A stretch of 32,000 bases of DNA from an uncultured Kangiella sp. (GTDB taxonomy: Bacteria; Pseudomonadota; Gammaproteobacteria; Enterobacterales; Kangiellaceae), in NCBI GenBank assembly GCA_964454125.1, contig CAYVSL010000009.1, forward strand, positions 38,475 through 70,474, read 5' to 3'. Shown here piece by piece: positions 27,854 to 32,000 of this stretch. A program made the translations under genes and the position numbers. Positions within the stretch are counted from its first letter, which is position 1, and every line of letters starts with the position of its first letter. A model generated the notes under the pieces. It worked only from the letters and a program-made list of their open reading frames with translations, searched no databases and was not told the DNA's origin.

Positions 27854-29371
27854 ATGTTTTTTTCTATTTCCAATAGCGTTCTAACAGGAGTTTTTAGTCA
27901 AGCTTTTCTAACAGAAGACAATTGGGATGATTGGGGTAAATACAGAACTCAATTTTATCTTCGAGTAGCTGATGAATTGGGTGCTGTTCATGATATAGGA
28001 TCAGTAAAGATTGGAAAGGTGGGATTACGGTCAGGTCGGACTGTTGAACCGGAGCAAAGAGCACCGCAGCCGCCCTCACAATTTGATGCATTAAACCCGA
28101 CTTATTTTTCTCTTGGGCAAGGAGAAGATTACTACGAGGCTTTGAACAAACTTAGCGAGGATCTCAGGCTAAGGGTACTGATTGGCCTGCAGGATATTGC
28201 GAACAACTTACAATTACTGGATGCAAATGAAGCAGAAGAGGTCATGGGTGAATCACTCTTGCGGAGTGTTCAGGCGACCAACGTAAGAAATAGATTACAT
28301 CGAATCACTCAAGGGAATGCGGCACTTACACGATTTAGTTTTCAATATACTTTGCCTCATCTAGAAAATATGGCCTCCCCAATTACAACGTTTGATGTTA
28401 TTCCTGAATCTGTACCTCCTACCAATGTGCATGTGTTAATTGGTCGGAACGGCGTAGGCAAGTCTAGGTGTATCCGTGGGCTAGTAGAAGCATTGTTAGA
28501 GAGGGAGGGTGAAGCAAACAATACACCTGGAAGGATAGAACTATTCTCCGATGGAGGTGCAAATGATTGGTCCTTCGCAGGTTTAGTACTAGTTTCATTT
28601 AGTGCGTTTGATGATTTCAATCTGTATCCTCAAGAACAAGATGCTATTGGCGCAAACCAGATAGGATTAAGTAAGTCTGGGAGCACAGGCTTAAAATCTA
28701 TACCAGAGCTTGCAATTGATTTTAGAAAAAGCCTCTTTAATTGCCGGCAGAGCCTCAAGGCAGCCCGGTGGCGTGATGCTGTACATAAACTTGAAAAAGA
28801 TGATTTATTTGCTGAAGCAAATGTAACAACTCTTTTCGATCAGCCGCCAGATGCTAATTGGAGTCAAAGAGCTGAGGCCTTATTCAAACGGCTCAGCTCC
28901 GGACACGCAATAATTTTATTAACGATTACTCGTTTGGTTGAGTTGGTTGATGAAAAGACACTGGTATTGCTTGATGAACCGGAAGGTCATTTACATCCTC
29001 CATTGCTGGCAGCTTTCATTCGGGCTCTGTCAGATTTGTTGGTAAAAAGAAACGGCGTGGCAATTATTGCAACTCATTCACCTGTCGTTTTACAAGAAGT
29101 GCCCCAAACTTGCGCTTGGAAACTTCGACGTAGTCGAGATGTATCTGTAGTGGAAAGGCCAAGCCTCGAGACTTTTGGAGAAAATATAGGGCTATTAACA
29201 CGGGAAGTTTTTGGTTTAGAGGTTACACATGCAGGATTTCATGATCTTCTCAAAGAGGCTGTTGAAGCAAATATGAGTTTTAATAAAGTCCTTCAGCATT
29301 TTAATGGGCAGCTCGGTATGGAGGCACAGGCAATCGTGCAGGCTCTCATCTCTCTGCGAGATCAGGTATAG
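27854..29371 (+). CDS. ABC/SMC-like ATPase (DEPExHLHP class, as in OLD/GajA/AriA/PtuA) with a ~190-aa uncharacterised N-terminal domain
   Basis: Walker A GRNGVGKS (nt 28442-28465), signature-like LSSGH (28892-28906), Walker B LVLLDEPEGHLHP (from 28961) and H-loop IATHSP. The ATG at 27854 is preferred over the TTG at 27809 listed in the ORF track, but neither has a strong Shine-Dalgarno. Confidence 0.8.
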   Translation: MFFSISNSVLTGVFSQAFLTEDNWDDWGKYRTQFYLRVADELGAVHDIGSVKIGKVGLRSGRTVEPEQRAPQPPSQFDALNPTYFSLGQGEDYYEALNKLSEDLRLRVLIGLQDIANNLQLLDANEAEEVMGESLLRSVQATNVRNRLHRITQGNAALTRFSFQYTLPHLENMASPITTFDVIPESVPPTNVHVLIGRNGVGKSRCIRGLVEALLEREGEANNTPGRIELFSDGGANDWSFAGLVLVSFSAFDDFNLYPQEQDAIGANQIGLSKSGSTGLKSIPELAIDFRKSLFNCRQSLKAARWRDAVHKLEKDDLFAEANVTTLFDQPPDANWSQRAEALFKRLSSGHAIILLTITRLVELVDEKTLVLLDEPEGHLHPPLLAAFIRALSDLLVKRNGVAIIATHSPVVLQEVPQTCAWKLRRSRDVSVVERPSLETFGENIGLLTREVFGLEVTHAGFHDLLKEAVEANMSFNKVLQHFNGQLGMEAQAIVQALISLRDQV

Positions 29372-29373
29372 TT

Positions 29374-30210
29374 ATGCGTCGGTTGCCTAAACCTGAAATA
29401 TCTGCAGGCATAGTTTTTAATCTATGCATTGATAGTATTACGGATCCAAACCTCAAAATGAGATTGTGTCGCTCACGTCATATTGTTGAAGCCGCTGAAG
29501 CAGTGTATATCACACAGGCTGAACTCACTGCATTGCATTCAATTCCTGATACAAACGGAATTGGCGGTATTGTTACAAACGCGGAAATGAAGCGTGTATA
29601 CAATGGGACGTTCGTTCGCAGTGTCAGTACTCGTGACATATATGGAGCACTAAAATCAGCACCTGAGAACGACATTTGCCCTCTATGCTCCCAAAGAGCA
29701 GTCAGTCAACTGGATCATTATCTACCTAAATCGCGTCATTCATCGCTTGTTGTGACGCCAGTTAACCTTGTGCCTGCTTGTGGAGAGTGTAATAAAGTAA
29801 AGCTAGATTTGCAGGTTACGCAGGCAGAAGACCAGACTTTTCACCCGTACTTCGAGGATGCGGATGATGCCCGATGGCTTTATGCAAGAGTCGAACAGTC
29901 AAATGGCGGAGCACTTGTATTTTTTGCGCAGCCTCCAAATGAGTGGAGTAACATCAAAAAGCAAAGAATCGCAGTTCATTTTAAGACCTACAAATTGGCC
30001 AATCTTTACGCCTCTCATTCGGCTGTTGAACTCAAGGATATGCAGTTTGGGTTGAGACAAATGAAATTGCGAAACTCTCCTCAAGAGATCAGTAATCATT
30101 TGCGTAAGGTAGCTGAGAGTCGTGCAGCCGCACATGATAACTCTTGGAGAAGGGCTGCCTACGAAGCACTCGCAGATTCTGTTTGGTTTTGTGAAGGGGG
30201 TTTCGACTAA
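29374..30210 (+). CDS. HNH endonuclease-domain protein (278 aa), coupled to the upstream ATPase
   Basis: Zinc-finger HNH core CPLCSQRAVSQLDHYLPKS...VNLVPACGECNKVK (nt 29677-29796). The start is 2 nt after the ATPase stop codon. Confidence 0.85.
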   Translation: MRRLPKPEISAGIVFNLCIDSITDPNLKMRLCRSRHIVEAAEAVYITQAELTALHSIPDTNGIGGIVTNAEMKRVYNGTFVRSVSTRDIYGALKSAPENDICPLCSQRAVSQLDHYLPKSRHSSLVVTPVNLVPACGECNKVKLDLQVTQAEDQTFHPYFEDADDARWLYARVEQSNGGALVFFAQPPNEWSNIKKQRIAVHFKTYKLANLYASHSAVELKDMQFGLRQMKLRNSPQEISNHLRKVAESRAAAHDNSWRRAAYEALADSVWFCEGGFD

Positions 30211-30343
30211 TTTTCGTGACTTTCGATAAAGATATTCAGGGGCGTCAATTAAACGGACGAAGCAATAAATAATTAAATGTCTGTTTATTGCCGTTAACTC
30301 GAATTTATAAATAGAGCATCCCTGCCCATTATTTTATTTAATC

Positions 30344-30381
30344 AGGATGAATGGGGACGTGTCTTGAATTGCCGGTTTTAA
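30344..30381 (+). repeat. 38-bp direct repeat, copy 1 (AGGATGAATGGGGACGTGTCTTGAATTGCCGGTTTTAA)
   Basis: Identical at 37 of 38 positions to 31963-32000, in the same orientation. The sequences upstream of the two copies are unrelated. Confidence 0.9.
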
Positions 30382-30420
30382 GATGGTTGTTTAATTTATA
30401 AAAAAGAAATATCTGCCCCT

Positions 30421-30459
30421 AAAGCCCAAGTCAGTGATGAATTGGGCTTTTACTTTTTA
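30421..30459 (+). terminator. hairpin AAAGCCCAA-N12-TTGGGCTTT followed by T-rich tract
   Basis: Perfect 9-bp stem at 30421-30429/30442-30450, then TACTTTTTAT on the plus strand. It sits between repeat copy 1 and the XRE remnant's stop. Confidence 0.45.
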
Positions 30460-30624
30460 TCCTCTAACTTGAGACCAACGCCTAGCATCATGTTTTAGCA
30501 AAATACCATCAATCATTTCTTTGATGATTTCTTTCTCACGCCGATCAAGTTTAGCAACCGCTTCAAATTGAAGAGGTAGTTCTTCATCATCTTTGGCACC
30601 CTGATGCGTCGCTACAGCGCGAAT
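30457..30624 (-). pseudogene. C-terminal remnant of an XRE-family HTH regulator (HTH part missing)
   Basis: The minus-strand frame reads ...GAKDDEELPLQFEAVAKLDRREKEIIKEMIDGILLKHDARRWSQVRG*. This resembles the conserved C-terminal tail of a widespread XRE regulator family. It has no start codon or HTH region, and the frame closes at 30625-30627. Confidence 0.4.
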
Positions 30625-31407
30625 GAATCACCTCGCGCCAAGGCTTTTCGCTTTGGCTCAAATTCGCTACGCGAAGAGAGGTATCTTATAGCGTTAAGTT
30701 CAAAAACTTTACGCCGCAAGCGGCTGGGAATTAAACCCGTTCAGATTAAAAAATTTATACTCTGGTGTGATGAGCGAGAGTTAAACCAGCCATAAGACAT
30801 CACCAGACCGATTTTAGAGCGTTACAAAAGTTATCTCTATTACTATCGAAAAGCGGACGGTCAACCTTTAAGCTTTAGCAGCCAACATGTGATGCTCACC
30901 CCCATCAAAACTTTTTTTAAATGGTTAACGAGAGAAAATTATTGTCTTTACAATCCGGCCAGTGAAATGGAGCTACCGAAGAAAGCCAAAAAGCTCCCAC
31001 AATATATTCTCAGTATTGAAGAGATCGAAACCATTATGCAGCAACCGGACATCACTAGTCCCAAAGGCATTCGTGATAGAGCTATCCTCGAAGTGCTTTA
31101 TTCCACCGGTATGAGACGAATGGAAATGACCAATCTCTCCATTTATGATATTGATGTGAAACGTGGTGACCTGGATCAGAGAAGGTAAGGGCATGAAAGA
31201 TCGACTCATATGCTAGAAAATGGCGCGGATATCCGATTCATTCAGGCGATGCTCGGCCATGAAGATTTAGCGACCACCGAAATTTATACGCACGTGTCGA
31301 TTGAGAAATTGAAAGAGATCCATACGTCGACCCATCCGGCTAGAGGTATGAATAAGGAGGGCAGTAGTCATGCTGATGATGAGTTTAAGTCGGACGACTG
31401 TTTATAA
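30604..31407 (+). pseudogene. disrupted XerC/XerD-like tyrosine recombinase
   Basis: Recombinase-like sequence lies in three pieces. There is an in-frame TAA at 30793-30795 (..FILWCDERELNQP*DITRPILERYKSYLYYYRK..). A frameshift occurs near 31165-31190 (another frame reads [11 protein letters not shown]). An internal deletion joins ...KDRLI directly to [38 protein letters not shown], removing most of the catalytic core between the GKGxKxR and HxLRH regions. Confidence 0.8.
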
Positions 31408-31408
31408 T

Positions 31409-31448
31409 GCACTTTATAGAGTATGATTGATCGTACTCTATAAAGTGC
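31409..31448. promoter_or_regulatory. 15-bp perfect inverted repeat upstream of the antitoxin gene (candidate TA operator; alternatively a recombinase terminator)
   Basis: GCACTTTATAGAGTA (31409-31423) and TACTCTATAAAGTGC (31434-31448) are separated by a 10-nt spacer. The repeat ends 5 nt before the AAGG Shine-Dalgarno of the antitoxin. No T-tract follows it. Confidence 0.45.
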
Positions 31449-31464
31449 TATTAAGGTGATAAAA

Positions 31465-31716
31465 ATGACAAGTATTACAGCTAATGAGTTAAAAACTAAG
31501 GGGATCTCGGCTTTGGAAAATGCTTTAGAAAGTGATGATGAAGCGATTATTACCGTGCGAGGAAAGGATAAATACGTGATTGTTGACCTAAAAAAATACA
31601 GTAAAATGAGAGAATATGAACTAGAAGTCGCGTTGCTTGAAGCGAGGGCAGATATTGCTAATGATCAAACCCAAAAAGAGACAGTTACTGAGCATATGAA
31701 ACGAGTACTCGACTAA
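31465..31716 (+). CDS. Phd/YefM-type antitoxin
   Basis: Small acidic protein beginning MTSITANELKTKGISALENAL...AIITVRGKDKYVIVDLKKY, typical of Phd/YefM antitoxin N-domains. ATG at 31465 with AAGG 8 nt upstream. Its stop overlaps the toxin start (TAATG). Confidence 0.72.
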   Translation: MTSITANELKTKGISALENALESDDEAIITVRGKDKYVIVDLKKYSKMREYELEVALLEARADIANDQTQKETVTEHMKRVLD

Positions 31717-32000
31717 TGACTTACATGCTTATTTATCCTGAAAGCTATATTAAACGAGCCAGAAAGTTTTTACGTAAGCATCCTGAAATACATAACCAGT
31801 ATCAAAAAACGCTTGAATTATTAGAGCTTGATCCACATCACCCCTCACTTCGGTTTCATCATTTATCAGGTCGATTAAAAGATTTGTCATCTGTCTCGAT
31901 CAATATGAGTTATCGGATCACTTTAGAATTAGAGATCCGAGACAAGGAAATTATCTTGGTTAAGGATGAATGGGGACGTGTCTTGAATTGCCAGTTTTAA
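31716..32000 (+). CDS. RelE/ParE-superfamily toxin with a non-native C-terminus encoded by repeat copy 2
   Basis: MTYMLIYPESYIKRARKFLRKHPEIHNQYQKTLELLELDPHHPSLRFHHLSGRLKDLSSVSINMSYRITLELEIRDKEIILV follows the RelE/StbE fold pattern. The last 12 codons (KDEWGRVLNCQF*) are encoded entirely by the 38-bp repeat, and the stop is the last codon of the window. Confidence 0.7.
   Translation: MTYMLIYPESYIKRARKFLRKHPEIHNQYQKTLELLELDPHHPSLRFHHLSGRLKDLSSVSINMSYRITLELEIRDKEIILVKDEWGRVLNCQF
31963..32000 (+). repeat. 38-bp direct repeat, copy 2 (AGGATGAATGGGGACGTGTCTTGAATTGCCAGTTTTAA)
   Basis: See copy 1. There is a single G/A difference, and this copy runs to the window edge, so its true length is unknown. 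Confidence 0.9.

Noticed and set aside
27624-27854. A 76-aa ORF upstream of the ATPase gene.
   Set aside because: It lies in a very AT-rich stretch, has no RBS and no recognisable protein features, and ends inside the alternative 5' extension of the ATPase ORF. It was treated as leader/promoter DNA.
30202-30208. TTCGACT matching the T-loop of tRNA-Arg (also TCGACTC at 31201-31207), considered as a possible island att repeat.
   Set aside because: These are only 7-nt matches, lie inside coding or pseudogene sequence, and are far too short to be a meaningful direct repeat.
30262-30291. The 8-bp stem GCAATAAA/TTTATTGC with a 14-nt loop downstream of the HNH gene.
   Set aside because: The stem is AT-rich with a large loop and no T-tract, so it is not convincing as a terminator.
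30344-30381. The 38-bp repeats as integron attC sites or a gene-cassette array (TA cassettes are common in chromosomal integrons).
   Set aside because: No IntI-type integrase is present and no R''/R' (RYYYAAC...GTTRRRY) core pair or imperfect internal palindrome is visible. The recombinase remnant is XerC/D-like.

Overview
AT-rich, gammaproteobacterial-type chromosomal window. Positions 1-26.1 kb look like core genome. They hold the 3' part of ggt and a secreted acidic protein downstream of a same-strand block (FAD-linked oxidase, ZIP-type metal transporter, sensor kinase, sigma-54 NtrC-type response regulator). Next is a minus-strand Entner-Doudoroff/glycolysis supercluster (edd-zwf-pgl-eda-gap-pgi), preceded by a LacI-family regulator. 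Two near-identical palindromic operators sit on TTGACA-type promoters flanking that regulator. Then come scoAB CoA-transferase, tRNA-Val(UAC) and gltX. After gltX there is an unusual envelope gene cluster: M23 peptidase, a single 802-aa transglutaminase-like/7TM/ATP-grasp fusion, a 640-aa TPR protein and an outer-membrane beta-barrel. tRNA-Arg(CCU) at 26177-26253 opens an accessory, mosaic region (26.25-32 kb). It contains two small hypothetical genes, two tRNA-3'-end-like scars, and a translationally coupled ABC-type ATPase + HNH nuclease pair. It also contains an XRE remnant, a triply disrupted tyrosine recombinase, a Phd/RelE-type toxin-antitoxin pair and a 38-bp direct repeat that forms the toxin's C-terminus at the window edge. 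The ATPase-HNH pair has a Septu/PtuAB-like layout but an atypical ~190-aa N-terminal domain on the ATPase, and is the best candidate for a defence system. No CRISPR array, rRNA or intact IS element was seen. All calls come from reading the sequence and ORF translations by eye; no database search was run.
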